From: Polyangiaceae bacterium
GTDB taxonomy: Bacteria > Myxococcota_A > Polyangia > Polyangiales > Polyangiaceae
Reading direction: 5' to 3'
Assembly (NCBI GenBank): GCA_044376115.1
Contig: JBILLK010000006.1
Span: forward strand, 64,001-128,000
DNA: 64,000 nucleotides
Shown here: one piece after another, positions 36,701-45,731 of the stretch
Layout of the letters: every line of letters begins with the position of its first letter
How positions within the stretch are numbered: the first letter of the stretch is position 1
Notes under the pieces: generated by a model
Databases searched by the model: none
What the model saw: the letters and a program-made list of their open reading frames with translations, nothing else
Told to the model about the DNA's origin: nothing
Made by a program: the position numbers and the translations under genes

Positions 36701-36915
36701 CCGGGTTGCAGCGGTCGCGGCTGAGTGATGCCTCCTTGCGGACCCTGGTGCACCTGCACGAAGGTGTTCGGAACGCTGGGAATGAACACCAGCTTTCCGC
36801 CGCCTTGGTGAACGAGGCGTGCATGCTCTGGAGCGATGCCCGGGGCGGACATCACGACGTCACATTGCGGGCTGCTACCAATCGAGATGTTTTGCTTGCC
36901 GAAGCCAGGGATCAT
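33739..36915 (-). CDS. FHA-domain ABC transporter (ABCG / Rv1747-like; 3 FHA + NBD + ABC2 membrane domain)
   Basis: Three FHA-like units (IGSSPQCD..HARL; IGRDP..VSSQHA..GSTSGT; IGRTPDND..VSSRHA..GSGNGT), Walker A GPSGAGKT, LSGGQ signature, FLDEPTSG and 6 C-terminal TMs. Confidence 0.92.
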   Translation of the reverse strand: MIPGFGKQNISIGSSPQCDVVMSAPGIAPEHARLVHQGGGKLVFIPSVPNTFVQVHQGPQGGITQPRPLQPGEQVPFDFRTAFSIANVTVPLSHPSIVMMIMAVGQAPAPRGHLIIGRDPTRASLVIQHPSVSSQHATVMLDRMMVLDHGSTSGTFLGQNRTKIAPNAPSPLDPNGVVAFGPVPVPAGLLGQLAQALAAGPAAAQAALETNAYLQGQQAGGAHPSMPQQSMPQQPMPSLQMQQGQNPNKATAAMSLAQAQQLAAAMPAGQQPAGASPPAGMPAKKNKTILGQLDFAAGQKPVRTIGRTPDNDIVISHPQVSSRHALLHQIAGQLYIEDRGSGNGTYVRGQRIPPGQKIAVQSGEKIYVGPMPLQIEISASGAAEVVQEEYALERWAGKPLYEIEAWSLVLQVPDRDNRGEMKTLLDNVSFKALPGDMIALMGPSGAGKTTLLLALNGYLPPTSGIVRINGEDLYNIYDTLRGSIGYVPQDDLVHPELTVHEAVRYSAKFRLPPDYSDAEIEQRVEQTLKDLGLDGVANLQIGKPEKKTLSGGQRKRVNIALELVTDPVIVFLDEPTSGLAADDTTALIELLANLTKATGKTIIMTIHQPAKDEFEKFSHCLIMGYGGIPMFFGPTSPDAYRFFGSQRDKSKPELDNPRDMFDMLAVRERPIFERLRAQNPSASRQEARKAAALEWRSEFFTDQNPTFRRMYSGRREIGSGTAPHGVPPGRQQTSGQLGLLLSRYFKCKVRDTGGIIIMFAQAPIIGLLLYMVFGGQDDAVPGWCLGALQELSKRETKGVQIEAGAEVLRNMTQTSDYTAAIFFLVVSAIWFGTSNAAREIVSERAIYMRERMVNLGLFNYVFSKFILLAFFCIVQCSMILAIVFFGLKLPGGMPVFGQMLGALVATSLVATAIGLLLSTSVESSEAAMALTPIALIPQVILGGLMVPMTSVPKLKLLFNVVPARWGFEAAIAPNRMALDGDPAWTVDLQMRDPVSSPADFVENGDFKCATAQLAAENLKGSWGFENYEVVWMPYAVLAGFMVVVLITLCVLLKRRDPV

Positions 36916-37018
36916 GACGCCGGCACACGTTAGCGGAAAACCTGCGGCCGTTGGTCGTGTTTCACGAGCCGGGGAACGCGGTGCGCTCGCGCCTGTTTAC
37001 GGCCGAGTTGCTGACGCT

Positions 37019-38449
37019 TCAGCGAATGAAGACCAACCACGCCAGCGCGATCGCAACCACCGCAACAATGAAGCTGATCGCCAGCGCCATGAAAAGCACC
37101 CGGCCCCCGCTTCTGCCAGGCACCGACTCCACGCCGGACGCCGAGGGGCCAGCAGGCCGTTGTTGCCACCCGCCGGCATCGTGGGGCGTTGGTGCGGGTC
37201 TGCGCATGTCGGGGCGAGCGGCCGTTGGAGGCAACCCTAACCCTCCCACGCCGTCGGCCCGATAGGCAGCCATGTTTTGCGGACCTTGCGGTCGCTGCGC
37301 TAACGGAAGCGTTCCTTGAGGACCGTGCCCCGGCGCCCCTGAATGCACCGCTGGGTGCCCCGGATACGCCGCGCTCGAACTGCGATTGGTCCCGTCGTGT
37401 GCCGTCGCTGCCGGCTGCATCGGGATGGTCTCATGGTGCCCGCGTCCCAAAACGGTGTCCACCGCCGGTTGCGGCGGAGTGTGACTCGTGAGCTGGTGGC
37501 CTCCCATCGAGTTGGGCGCGGCGTCGCGATGGGCCACCGCGGCAGGGTACGGAGTTGCCGCTGCATGGTGCATCGGTTGCTGGGGCTGGGGCGCGTTAGC
37601 GGGACCGCCTGCATCGTGCACGGTAGTTTGCATCGCACCAACCTGCGTAGCGCCGGTGCGCGTGCGCTGTGCGGCCGTCCCGACGACGCGCACCAACTGA
37701 ACCGTGATGTTGTCGTGCCCACCTCGATCATTGGCCATGCGCACGAGTTGCTCGCAGCCGTGCTCGAGCCCACCCGAAGCAAGTGCTTGGCGCGTTGCCC
37801 CGAGGATGTCCTTTGGTAGCGCCAGATCGGTGAGGCCGTCGCTCGCCGTGAGAAGCAAGTCCCCCGGGAAGAGCTCCATAGGCTCTGGTCGAAGCTCCAC
37901 GTCGACCTCCGGCTTCATGCCTAGGGCCCGCGTGATCTTGTTCGCGTCGGGATGCCCAATGCCCTGCTCTTCGGTGATGAACCCGGCGTCGATCATCGCC
38001 TGCACCATGGAGTGGTCGCGCGTGAGCGGGTAGATCTGCCCCGAACGAATCACATAGGCACGGCTGTCGCCGACGTGTGCGACGTCAACTCCGGCGTCGC
38101 TGAAGAGCATCGCGACGACGGTGGACCCTGGTCGGATCTTGTTGTCGGGCGGACCGCCCAGTTCATAAACCCGGCGCGCGGCGACCTCGACGGCGAACTT
38201 GAGTGCAGCGGCCGAAGTTGCCACTGGAGCCAAGTCAATTTGCTCAAAGATGGTGGTGATCGCCCGACGGCTAGCCTCTTGCCCACCGTAGTGACCACCC
38301 ATCCCGTCGCACAGCACGCATAGGTGCCCAAACTTGGTCAGTGCGTGCCCGCAAGAATCTTCGTTGATCTGTTTGTTCGGATCACGACCTGGATCGCTCA
38401 ATTGAGCGACCTCAAGTTTCAATTCAAGGGGTTTGGCCTGGGAAGACAT
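37019..38449 (-). CDS. PP2C/PPM-family Ser/Thr protein phosphatase with Pro-rich linker and C-terminal TM
   Basis: SDPGR..INED, CDGMGG, HVGDSRAY, LTRDHS, SDGL and GGHDNIT motifs. Start at ATG 38449. Confidence 0.93.
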   Translation of the reverse strand: MSSQAKPLELKLEVAQLSDPGRDPNKQINEDSCGHALTKFGHLCVLCDGMGGHYGGQEASRRAITTIFEQIDLAPVATSAAALKFAVEVAARRVYELGGPPDNKIRPGSTVVAMLFSDAGVDVAHVGDSRAYVIRSGQIYPLTRDHSMVQAMIDAGFITEEQGIGHPDANKITRALGMKPEVDVELRPEPMELFPGDLLLTASDGLTDLALPKDILGATRQALASGGLEHGCEQLVRMANDRGGHDNITVQLVRVVGTAAQRTRTGATQVGAMQTTVHDAGGPANAPQPQQPMHHAAATPYPAAVAHRDAAPNSMGGHQLTSHTPPQPAVDTVLGRGHHETIPMQPAATAHDGTNRSSSAAYPGHPAVHSGAPGHGPQGTLPLAQRPQGPQNMAAYRADGVGGLGLPPTAARPDMRRPAPTPHDAGGWQQRPAGPSASGVESVPGRSGGRVLFMALAISFIVAVVAIALAWLVFIR

Positions 38450-38463
38450 GCGAAGGAGGCGCA

Positions 38464-40563
38464 CTACTCCAAGCTGACGGCGAACTCGATCGGTCCGAAT
38501 TTGAGCGACGAGCCGTTGGGAACCGGTGTCCACACACCGGGGTTGACGCGCTGGTTGTTGAGCGTCGTCCCGTTATTGGAGTTGTCGTCCCGAACGTACA
38601 ACTGGCCTTGCTCGATCTTCAAGGAGGAGTGTGTGCCGCTTACCCGCGGCTCGCTCAGGAGGATTTGGCAAAGTGCGCCGTCGCGCCCGGCTTTCATCTC
38701 GACTCCGGGCAGCACCGTGAAGATCCCCGCGTTGCCGCTCAGCGTCGCGCGCTGAACGAAGGCGGGCCCGGGCGTCATCGGACGAGGCGCTTGCATGGGG
38801 GAGGGGGCGGGAGGAGCGTTGGGCCGGGGAGGCGGTGCAGCCGGCGCCGACCCACCGCGCTTTCGACCACCTCCGCGGAAGGCCGAGACAACCAGCAGAA
38901 TAAGCACAAGACCGCCAAACGCGATGCCACCAACCAGGAAGTAGTTCACCGGCTTGTTCTGGGCGCGCAGCGTGAGGATCTTGTCCTTGATGAACGGGCT
39001 TGTGCGCTTGGTTGCCTGATCGTGGAGCACCAACCGAGCGGTGAGTTTCTCGCCCTTGCCGCTCAGGAATTTCTCGTTGTCCGGCAGCTCGAAGGTTACG
39101 GAGCTGTCGCCCGCTTCAATCACGCGTGCTTTGAGCCCCTGCTTGACAAGCTGTTGTTGTGCGTCTTTGGCCTCCTCGAGGGTGCCACCTTCGAGCGTTG
39201 TGGGCACTTCCTGGCTCTTCGGCAGTAGGTAGAGCTCGGCGCGCTCCTTCTTTCCACCCCAGCAGAAGTTGCCGTAGATGGTGACCTCGCCAGCCGCATG
39301 GAGAGGCTTCTTCTCGGCTGCCTCCTCGGTCGCCTTGAAGTCGATGTCGAGTGGCCAGGTCGATGGGTCGATTCCGACGGGCACGTCTTGATAGGTGCCA
39401 TCGCCGGCGATGGTCAGGTTGCTCGTTCGGAAGTTGAGAGCAAACGTTTGCGTGGTGGAGGCCGCTACGCACGACATCTGCCACTTCACGATCCACATGT
39501 TGTCAAAGCGAGTCCGGACGGCTTTGACGATGCGCTCACCACGCGCGGTCCCTCCCTCGCGCAGTACCGTGAAGTACCCACCGATCTCGGTGTTGGCGAG
39601 ATTCTCCATGAAGGCGCGGGAGTTCTCGAAGAGTTCCTCCATCTGCTTGGAAGGAAACCAAACCGAGATCACCGGCACCGGCATCTTCGGGAGTGCGATG
39701 TTGTCCTCCGGAAATCGACCCTTGGTCATGAACTGACCGAGGAACTTCGCGCCGGGGCCGAGCGATGAAGGATCGGTCCCAGCTGCGCCGCTCGACAGCA
39801 CGACCATCGCCTGGTGCATTGGCACTTTGACCGACTGGCCAACGTTGCCCAGTTCCTTGAATCCGTCGGTCGCGCCGTTCTGGATGATCTGTCCGAGCGG
39901 ACGGTTGCGCCCGCCTGGCACCGCAGGCTTGGTTACCTGACTGACGATGAACGCTTCCGCCTTGGCTTTGTCATTCGTCCATCCGGAAGAAAAAATGACG
40001 GTCTTGTCGCCGAAATACATCACGTTGACGATGTCGTTTGCGCGCATCGACCCAACGAACTGTTTGGCAACTTCACGTGCCTCGTCAAAGCGCGGCCCCA
40101 TCGACGAGGCTGCGTCGATCATGATCAACCAGGCAGTGCCAACGTTCGGTTCGGCGTTGCTTTCACCCCACTTCGCCTTCGACAGGAAGGTCAACGGCTC
40201 TTCGCCACCATCGAGCTTGATCGACATGATGGTGCCGCCTTCGGGGAACGTGATTGGCTCCCACAGGGCCTTCGGCCGCTCCATCCCGTCGGCGATGCAA
40301 TCGAGCTCGTCATTGCCACCCAGCTGGGTGCAAGGCCCAACGACCCCGTTGAGTGGCTTGTTTTGAACGATCTCGAGCACCGTGGTCAGGATCGGTGCGC
40401 CTTCGCTTTGGCTGGCGCGAGGATCGATCCGGAGGATGTGCCCTTCTGGAGCGGCGCTTACTGTCGTTGGAAGCAGCCAGATGAGGAACGCGGTCAGCAC
40501 AAGGGAGACGTGCGACATGCAGCGGAGGCGGGGGGCGTACCCCTTGAGATTGGCGTTGTTCAT
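38464..40563 (-). CDS. Membrane protein with periplasmic vWA-like domain, TM and cytoplasmic FHA domain
   Basis: Signal peptide, MIDAASSMG (degenerate MIDAS), TM FLVGGIAFGGLVLILLVV and C-terminal FHA (AGRDG..VSGTH..NSNNGT). GGAG RBS before ATG 40563. Confidence 0.85.
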   Translation of the reverse strand: MNNANLKGYAPRLRCMSHVSLVLTAFLIWLLPTTVSAAPEGHILRIDPRASQSEGAPILTTVLEIVQNKPLNGVVGPCTQLGGNDELDCIADGMERPKALWEPITFPEGGTIMSIKLDGGEEPLTFLSKAKWGESNAEPNVGTAWLIMIDAASSMGPRFDEAREVAKQFVGSMRANDIVNVMYFGDKTVIFSSGWTNDKAKAEAFIVSQVTKPAVPGGRNRPLGQIIQNGATDGFKELGNVGQSVKVPMHQAMVVLSSGAAGTDPSSLGPGAKFLGQFMTKGRFPEDNIALPKMPVPVISVWFPSKQMEELFENSRAFMENLANTEIGGYFTVLREGGTARGERIVKAVRTRFDNMWIVKWQMSCVAASTTQTFALNFRTSNLTIAGDGTYQDVPVGIDPSTWPLDIDFKATEEAAEKKPLHAAGEVTIYGNFCWGGKKERAELYLLPKSQEVPTTLEGGTLEEAKDAQQQLVKQGLKARVIEAGDSSVTFELPDNEKFLSGKGEKLTARLVLHDQATKRTSPFIKDKILTLRAQNKPVNYFLVGGIAFGGLVLILLVVSAFRGGGRKRGGSAPAAPPPRPNAPPAPSPMQAPRPMTPGPAFVQRATLSGNAGIFTVLPGVEMKAGRDGALCQILLSEPRVSGTHSSLKIEQGQLYVRDDNSNNGTTLNNQRVNPGVWTPVPNGSSLKFGPIEFAVSLE

Positions 40564-40823
40564 CCGGTTCTCCAAACAGAAAGCTCTGCAAGCCGTGTCC
40601 GAAGGCATGGCTGAGCGCATCGTACTGCCTCGGTCACCACCGTTGCGAGAAGGTGAACGAGACCAGGAACAGCAGCGGGCGACAAGCCAACTCTCGACGA
40701 GTCGCCAACTCTCAACTCTCACGCGAACCTTCTCGGCACGCGCGTGCGAGAGGTGAACCAAGGCTCTTTCCGACGCCCGCTCCGTGCCGTAGTTGTGCGG
40801 GCGAACGTGAGCCCCAGGTTGGG

Positions 40824-41834
40824 CTAGGCCCGAGCAGCCACATTGATGACGATTACGCTGAAGCCACCAAAGCGGATCTTGTCGCCGTCGCGCAACTCTC
40901 GGCGGCCCTGGAATCCGATGGCCTCTTCGTTGTGGAAGGTGCCGTTGGTGGACCCGAGATCGCTCAGTGTTAGGCGACCGCCTTCAGCATCCACTCGCGC
41001 GTGATTGGTCGAGGTGGTTCCGTGCCCAATCGGTACGTCAACTTCTTGCCCCGTCTCAGCCCGTCCGACCAGGTTGGTCCCCTGATACACCGGCCAGTAT
41101 TTGCCGAGCGCATCATCTTGAAAGCTCACAAGGAAACCGGCGAGAGGGCGCCGCTGTTTGCCGCCTGTTGCCGCGCTCGCCGAGCCACGATTTTCAAACG
41201 GCGGGGGGTTCTGCGGAGCTGGGGGACTGTTGTTGAACCCGACTTGAGGCGGTGCCCCTGTGTTGGCGAACGCGGTTTGTCCGAACTGGTCGGGGGCTTC
41301 ATTGGGTTGAAACCCTGGCTGTGGCGGGTATCCCGGGTGTGGAGGCGGAGCGCCCATCCCCGGCATTCCAGGTGGACCGCCCATTCCCATGCCCGGGGGC
41401 ATCCCAGGCATTCCCTGCGGACCACCCATCATCCCCGGATTCATCTGACCCTGGGGACCGCCCATCATGCCTTGATCGAACTGCTGAAAGCCGGGCTGGG
41501 GCATCGGAGGACCGCCGAAGCCCGGAGGGGGATCATAGCCTCCGCCGCCGGGAAACTGGTTCTGCTGTGGGAATCCCATCCCCATGCCGGGAGGGCCACC
41601 CATGCCAGGAGGGCCACCCATGCCAGGAGGGCCACCCATGCCAGGAGGGCCGCCCATGCCGGGAGGGCCGCCCATGCCAGGAGGGCCGCCCATTCCGGGA
41701 GGCATCATGTTCGGCGAATTCGGGAAACCCGGGGGTGCACCGTATGCAGGTGCTCCGCCAACGAGAGGTGAAGCGCACACTGCACAGAACTTATCGGAGG
41801 GTGAATTGGGTGCACTGCAACGGGGGCAGATCAT
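40824..41834 (-). CDS. Zinc-ribbon / Pro-Gly-Met low-complexity / FHA domain protein
   Basis: CPRC..FCAVC zinc ribbon, GGPPGM repeats and C-terminal FHA (VGRA..STNHA..GSTNGT). Confidence 0.88.
   Translation of the reverse strand: MICPRCSAPNSPSDKFCAVCASPLVGGAPAYGAPPGFPNSPNMMPPGMGGPPGMGGPPGMGGPPGMGGPPGMGGPPGMGGPPGMGMGFPQQNQFPGGGGYDPPPGFGGPPMPQPGFQQFDQGMMGGPQGQMNPGMMGGPQGMPGMPPGMGMGGPPGMPGMGAPPPHPGYPPQPGFQPNEAPDQFGQTAFANTGAPPQVGFNNSPPAPQNPPPFENRGSASAATGGKQRRPLAGFLVSFQDDALGKYWPVYQGTNLVGRAETGQEVDVPIGHGTTSTNHARVDAEGGRLTLSDLGSTNGTFHNEEAIGFQGRRELRDGDKIRFGGFSVIVINVAARA
41581..41702 (-). repeat. 18-bp coding tandem repeat (GGPPGM), 6 full units plus a partial unit
   Basis: cccatgcc(a/g)ggagggcc(a/g) repeated head-to-tail on the + strand. 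Confidence 0.9.
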
Positions 41835-42027
41835 CGGAGGTCCTTCTGACGCTTGGTCCTGACGTCGGGAGAGCGATCGCTAGGATACCCACTTTGCAGC
41901 GACTTGGATCAAGTGCTTAGCAAAAGCCAGTCGTATCAAGCAGGTTTTGCGGTGGAGTCACCCTGGCAAAGGCCAGGGCGCGATGTCGAAACTCCCGTTC
42001 CAGCCAATCTGCGTGCTCCGGAAAGGC

Positions 42028-42054
42028 GCAAAGGGCGCCGTCGGCACCCTTTGC
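42028..42054 (-). terminator. Hairpin downstream of rplS, probable terminator
   Basis: Minus strand GCAAAGGGUGCC-GAC-GGCGCCCUUUGC: 12 bp with one G-U pair; weak U tail. Confidence 0.5.
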
Positions 42055-42081
42055 AACGAAGGCTCGCGGGAGCGGCCAGTT

Positions 42082-42435
42082 TCAGGCGTCTTTCTCGTCG
42101 CGAACGCGTGCTGCCTTACCGGCGAGATCGCGTAGGTAGAACAATCGGCTACGACGCACGATGCCCTTGGACACGATCTCGATTCGCTCGATGCGAGGGC
42201 TGTGGGCGAGGAAAATCCTCTCGACCCCAATTCCAAAGCTCACCTTGCGAACAGTGAAGGTGCTGCGTGCTCCCGCGCGGTGCCGCTTGAGCACGATCCC
42301 CTGAAACACCTGGACGCGCTCTTTCTCGCCCTCGACGATCTTGTAGTGAACTCGAACGGTATCTCCGACGCGAAACGTGGGGAGGTCCGAACGGAGTTGC
42401 GATTGCTCGAGCTTGGCGATGATCGGCGTCAACAT
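42082..42435 (-). CDS. rplS: 50S ribosomal protein L19
   Basis: [26 protein letters not shown]...[17 protein letters not shown]...[10 protein letters not shown]. Start at ATG 42435. Confidence 0.97.
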   Translation of the reverse strand: MLTPIIAKLEQSQLRSDLPTFRVGDTVRVHYKIVEGEKERVQVFQGIVLKRHRAGARSTFTVRKVSFGIGVERIFLAHSPRIERIEIVSKGIVRRSRLFYLRDLAGKAARVRDEKDA

Positions 42436-42519
42436 GGTCTTCCTCTGAGGAACTTTTGGGGGGCGCGCCATTTCGCACGCCACGTAAGGGTTGTCAATGT
42501 GAACGGGTGACGGGTTGAA

Positions 42520-43056
42520 TCAGCGACGGACGGGAATGATTTGCACGCGGCGCTGCTCGCCTTCGCCGTCGCTCTTCGTGACGACACCAGCGAACTTGGC
42601 GAGCGCGAGGTGGACGACCCGGCGGTCCTGAGGACTCATCGGATCGAACGTGATGATCTTTCCTTCATCGACGGCTTTTTTCCCTAGTTCGCGGGCGAGC
42701 GTGGCGAGGTCTTCCTCGCGACGGGCACGGTAGCCTTGCGCGTCGATAATGACGTGACGTCGCCGCTTACCTGGTCGGTTCACGACGCGATTGGCGAGGA
42801 ACTGCAATGCGGCGAGCGTCGCGCCTCGTTTTCCGATCACGAAGCGCCCATCATCGCCCTCGATCTCGAGACGAATCTCCTCCGGCGGATCGTCCTCGTC
42901 GGGCTCCAAAAGATCGACGGTGCAGTCCATGCCCATCGTCGCGAGAACGTCAATCACAAAATCGAGCACCATGTCGGCGCGTCCGTCCTCGACGAAAGGC
43001 TCTTTTACTTCTGCTGCGTCGGGACCTTGGTTGGCGGTCGAATCATCCACGGGCAC
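42520..43056 (-). CDS. jag: RNA-binding protein Jag/KhpB/EloR (KH + R3H; Jag_N apparently absent)
   Basis: IGKRGATLAALQFL, DAQGYRARRE and R3H motif DRRVVHLAL; lies downstream of yidC. Start uncertain (GTG 43056 or ATG 43110). Confidence 0.9.
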   Translation of the reverse strand: MPVDDSTANQGPDAAEVKEPFVEDGRADMVLDFVIDVLATMGMDCTVDLLEPDEDDPPEEIRLEIEGDDGRFVIGKRGATLAALQFLANRVVNRPGKRRRHVIIDAQGYRARREEDLATLARELGKKAVDEGKIITFDPMSPQDRRVVHLALAKFAGVVTKSDGEGEQRRVQIIPVRR

Positions 43057-44836
43057 GTACCTTCCCCTTTCCAAGAGCAGGCTCTTTCTTGGAGCCTGGC
43101 TTCGGGTCATCGCTGTTTGTCACGTCGCGAACTTCAATGCGCGCGCTGTGACCCTGCACTTTTGCCTTTACCCAGCGCTCTACGAAGAACTGCTGGATGA
43201 TGCCTAACCAGGTGTTGGTCAGCATGTAGACGCCCAACCCGGCCGGCAGAAAGAACATCATGGCGGTGAAGATGCCCGGCATGAGGAACTGCATCATCTT
43301 CTGCTGCGCAGGGTCCATGCCTTGTGGAGGCATCATCCGCTGCTGCAGAAAGCTGGACCCACCCAAGACAAGCGGGATCACGTGGTACGGGTCCGAGTTT
43401 GTCAGGTCCGGGATGAGCGGGCCGAACGGCGTATGATAGAGGCCAACTTCGGTCGATAGCGCTTGATAGAGCCCTATCCAGACAGGCATCTGCAGAAGTA
43501 GAGGCAAACAGCCGAGGGCCGGACGGATCCCCTCTCGGCGGTTGAGCTCCTGCATCGCCACCGTCTTCTGCATCATGTCGTCGGCGTACTTCTCGTTGAT
43601 CGCGTCGATCTCCGGCTTCACCCGTCGCATGGCGATGGTGGTTCGCAGCTGCGGTAGCTGGAGCGGGAACACCACCAATTTGACCGTGATCGTCAAAAAG
43701 CAAATCGCCCAGCCCCAACTACCTAGAACCGCGAAGAGCCAATCAACGTAGGAGAGGAAGATCTTCCCAAGGACGCCGAACATTCCAAGGTCGACGACTG
43801 GAAGCACTTCACCGTTCGTTCCACCAACCGTGGCAAGAACGGCGCGTTCTTTGGGCCCCATGTACGCAACGACGTCGTAGGTAGCGGCTGTTCCGGGAGC
43901 CAGCGTTGTCTCTGGGTAGGCCAATCGAGCCCGATACATGTGCCCGAACTGCGGGTGCCCTTGAGGAACTTGGTAGTATGCACCGTCCTCAATCAGCGTT
44001 TCTGCAGCTGGCTCGACGGCCGACTTGTTGAGTACCAACGAGACGAAGTAGTTGGCGCCAGCCGCTGCGAACTGGCCCTTGCCCTCGGCGCGCAGGAAGT
44101 GCTCGTCGGTGAAGCCGTTCTCCTTGGAGAACTCATCCGGAGCAAAGGCCGTTGGGAGGTGACGAGTCGTCTTGCCAGAAGCCCCAGCAAGAACCTCGGT
44201 CATCCACTCGGGGCGCCGCCCCAAGTCCCAAAACGAGGACTCTGTTTCGGCTCCGGAGCGCCACGACGTTTGTTCCACCGCGAAGCGATGGACACGCGGT
44301 TCTGCAGCTTTATTGGTGATGACCGTCGAGATGTCGACCTCGAACGGGCGGCCGTTCTTGGTAATCGTTCGCCGTACCGACGCAGTCGCTGATTCGTAGA
44401 GAAAAACGCAGCTGGATTCGTCGGAGCGCTCGAGTTTGAAGTCGAGATTGTCCAGCTCGACCTGTTGCGCGGCGTCAGCGTTTGGTGCGCGCAGATTCGT
44501 GCGCAACGGCATGCGTTGCTCACGTGTTGTCGTGACCAGCTCGATGCGGGTGTCGGGCTTGTCGACGGCAACCGAGTACTTGGCGTCGAGCATGCGCACG
44601 CTGGTCAACGCTGCGCTGCGGGTCGAGAACGTCATCTCCGCACGTGCGTCTCTCAATACGCACGTTTCAGGGTCTGGGCGATCTCCCTCGGCGACGGTGC
44701 CCCAGTCATCTTTGCCTAGCGGTTGCGAGACGGGAGCGTCTCCGCTTCCGAAGAGCCACTTTCGACCAAAGAAGAAAAGGAGGACTCCGATTACACCGAA
44801 AAGGAGCCACCTACCGATATTGCTGCGTTCTTCCAT
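43043..44836 (-). CDS. yidC: Membrane protein insertase YidC
   Basis: YMGPK, WGWAICFLTITVK, GCLPLLLQMPVW, DPYHVIP and PAGLGVY motifs. Confidence 0.96.
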   Translation of the reverse strand: MEERSNIGRWLLFGVIGVLLFFFGRKWLFGSGDAPVSQPLGKDDWGTVAEGDRPDPETCVLRDARAEMTFSTRSAALTSVRMLDAKYSVAVDKPDTRIELVTTTREQRMPLRTNLRAPNADAAQQVELDNLDFKLERSDESSCVFLYESATASVRRTITKNGRPFEVDISTVITNKAAEPRVHRFAVEQTSWRSGAETESSFWDLGRRPEWMTEVLAGASGKTTRHLPTAFAPDEFSKENGFTDEHFLRAEGKGQFAAAGANYFVSLVLNKSAVEPAAETLIEDGAYYQVPQGHPQFGHMYRARLAYPETTLAPGTAATYDVVAYMGPKERAVLATVGGTNGEVLPVVDLGMFGVLGKIFLSYVDWLFAVLGSWGWAICFLTITVKLVVFPLQLPQLRTTIAMRRVKPEIDAINEKYADDMMQKTVAMQELNRREGIRPALGCLPLLLQMPVWIGLYQALSTEVGLYHTPFGPLIPDLTNSDPYHVIPLVLGGSSFLQQRMMPPQGMDPAQQKMMQFLMPGIFTAMMFFLPAGLGVYMLTNTWLGIIQQFFVERWVKAKVQGHSARIEVRDVTNSDDPKPGSKKEPALGKGKVRARG

Positions 44837-45007
44837 CGTGGGAGAGCTCGACCGCCTGGGGCGGCATCACTCGATAATTTCGTTTGAGGTGGAGCAGCGG
44901 TCCGGTTCACGCGGAGGGAGGGGCGGTTGCGTGATGCGACGTAATGCTGCTTGCGCTTGTTCCGACAGGAACGGCTCTGCGGTGCGAGGCAGAGACATGT
45001 GGCCTTC

Positions 45008-45250
45008 TCAGGGCCGCGTCAACGTGGTTGGAGGTGGAGGATCATAGCCTCCTGGATGAAACGGGTGACACCTACACAGGCGCTTGGCCGAAAGCAAGCT
45101 CCCCCGGAAGGCGCCATGTGCTTGAAGGCACAACAAGGCGTATTGAGAGCAGGATGGCTCGAACCGGCACGCCGGCCCAAAAATCGCGACTAGTAGCTTG
45201 GAAAGCGTGAGCTGGTAGAGCCGCACCAGCCAGATCAGCGGCTCTTTCAC
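45008..45250 (-). CDS. yidD: Membrane protein insertion efficiency factor YidD
   Basis: CRFEPSCSQYA...RLCRCHPFHPGGYDP. Confidence 0.95.
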   Translation of the reverse strand: MKEPLIWLVRLYQLTLSKLLVAIFGPACRFEPSCSQYALLCLQAHGAFRGSLLSAKRLCRCHPFHPGGYDPPPPTTLTRP

Positions 45251-45603
45251 GAGCCAACCCTCGCGCGCCTATTCCGGAGTTTCGACCGTGTGGACGAGAG
45301 GGCCATCGTCCAATCCTGCGTCAAGTCGGCCAGCGTACAGCTCGCGAGGGAGCTGCCTGCGATCACGACCACGTCTGCAGGCACGAAATCACCGACACCT
45401 CGAAACAGTTCGCGGAGCAGCCGTTTGCAGCGATTGCGAGCGACAGCGTTGCCCACCTTCTTGGACGCAACCGCGCCGAAGCGAACCCCGGCCTCGGCAG
45501 GCGACGCCAGCACGAGAAAGTGTGCGAACCGCAGCCGGACAGTTGGGGCTGTCTGCACTCGACGGAAGTCAGCGCTCTTTCTGAGTCGGTTCTCGCGAGT
45601 CAT
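45247..45603 (-). CDS. rnpA: Ribonuclease P protein component
   Basis: RLRKSADF, RFGAVASKKVGNAVARNRCKRLLRE. Confidence 0.95.
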   Translation of the reverse strand: MTRENRLRKSADFRRVQTAPTVRLRFAHFLVLASPAEAGVRFGAVASKKVGNAVARNRCKRLLRELFRGVGDFVPADVVVIAGSSLASCTLADLTQDWTMALSSTRSKLRNRRARVGS

Positions 45604-45648
45604 GTTTGCCGCTCACCGATCCTGAAACGACAGCCTGAAACGAGCAAC

Positions 45649-45680
45649 AGCCGGGCGCACCCGTAATGGCGCACCCAGCT
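45649..45680 (-). terminator. Stem-loop between rpmH and rnpA
   Basis: Minus strand AGCUGGGUGCGCC...GGUGCGCCCGGCU forms 13 bp with three G-U pairs, which hold only on the minus strand. Confidence 0.5.
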
Positions 45681-45731
45681 TTCATTGCGGTCGGCGTCGC
45701 AGGCGATGGAACGCCTCGAGCGCGCGAGGGG

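Noticed and set aside
40685..40735. Short AACTCTC direct repeats upstream of the vWA-FHA gene
   Set aside because: Irregular spacing and short length; cannot be distinguished from chance without comparative data.
41581..41702. Regular repeats considered as a CRISPR array
   Set aside because: Head-to-tail 18-bp units without spacers, in frame within a CDS; no cas genes.
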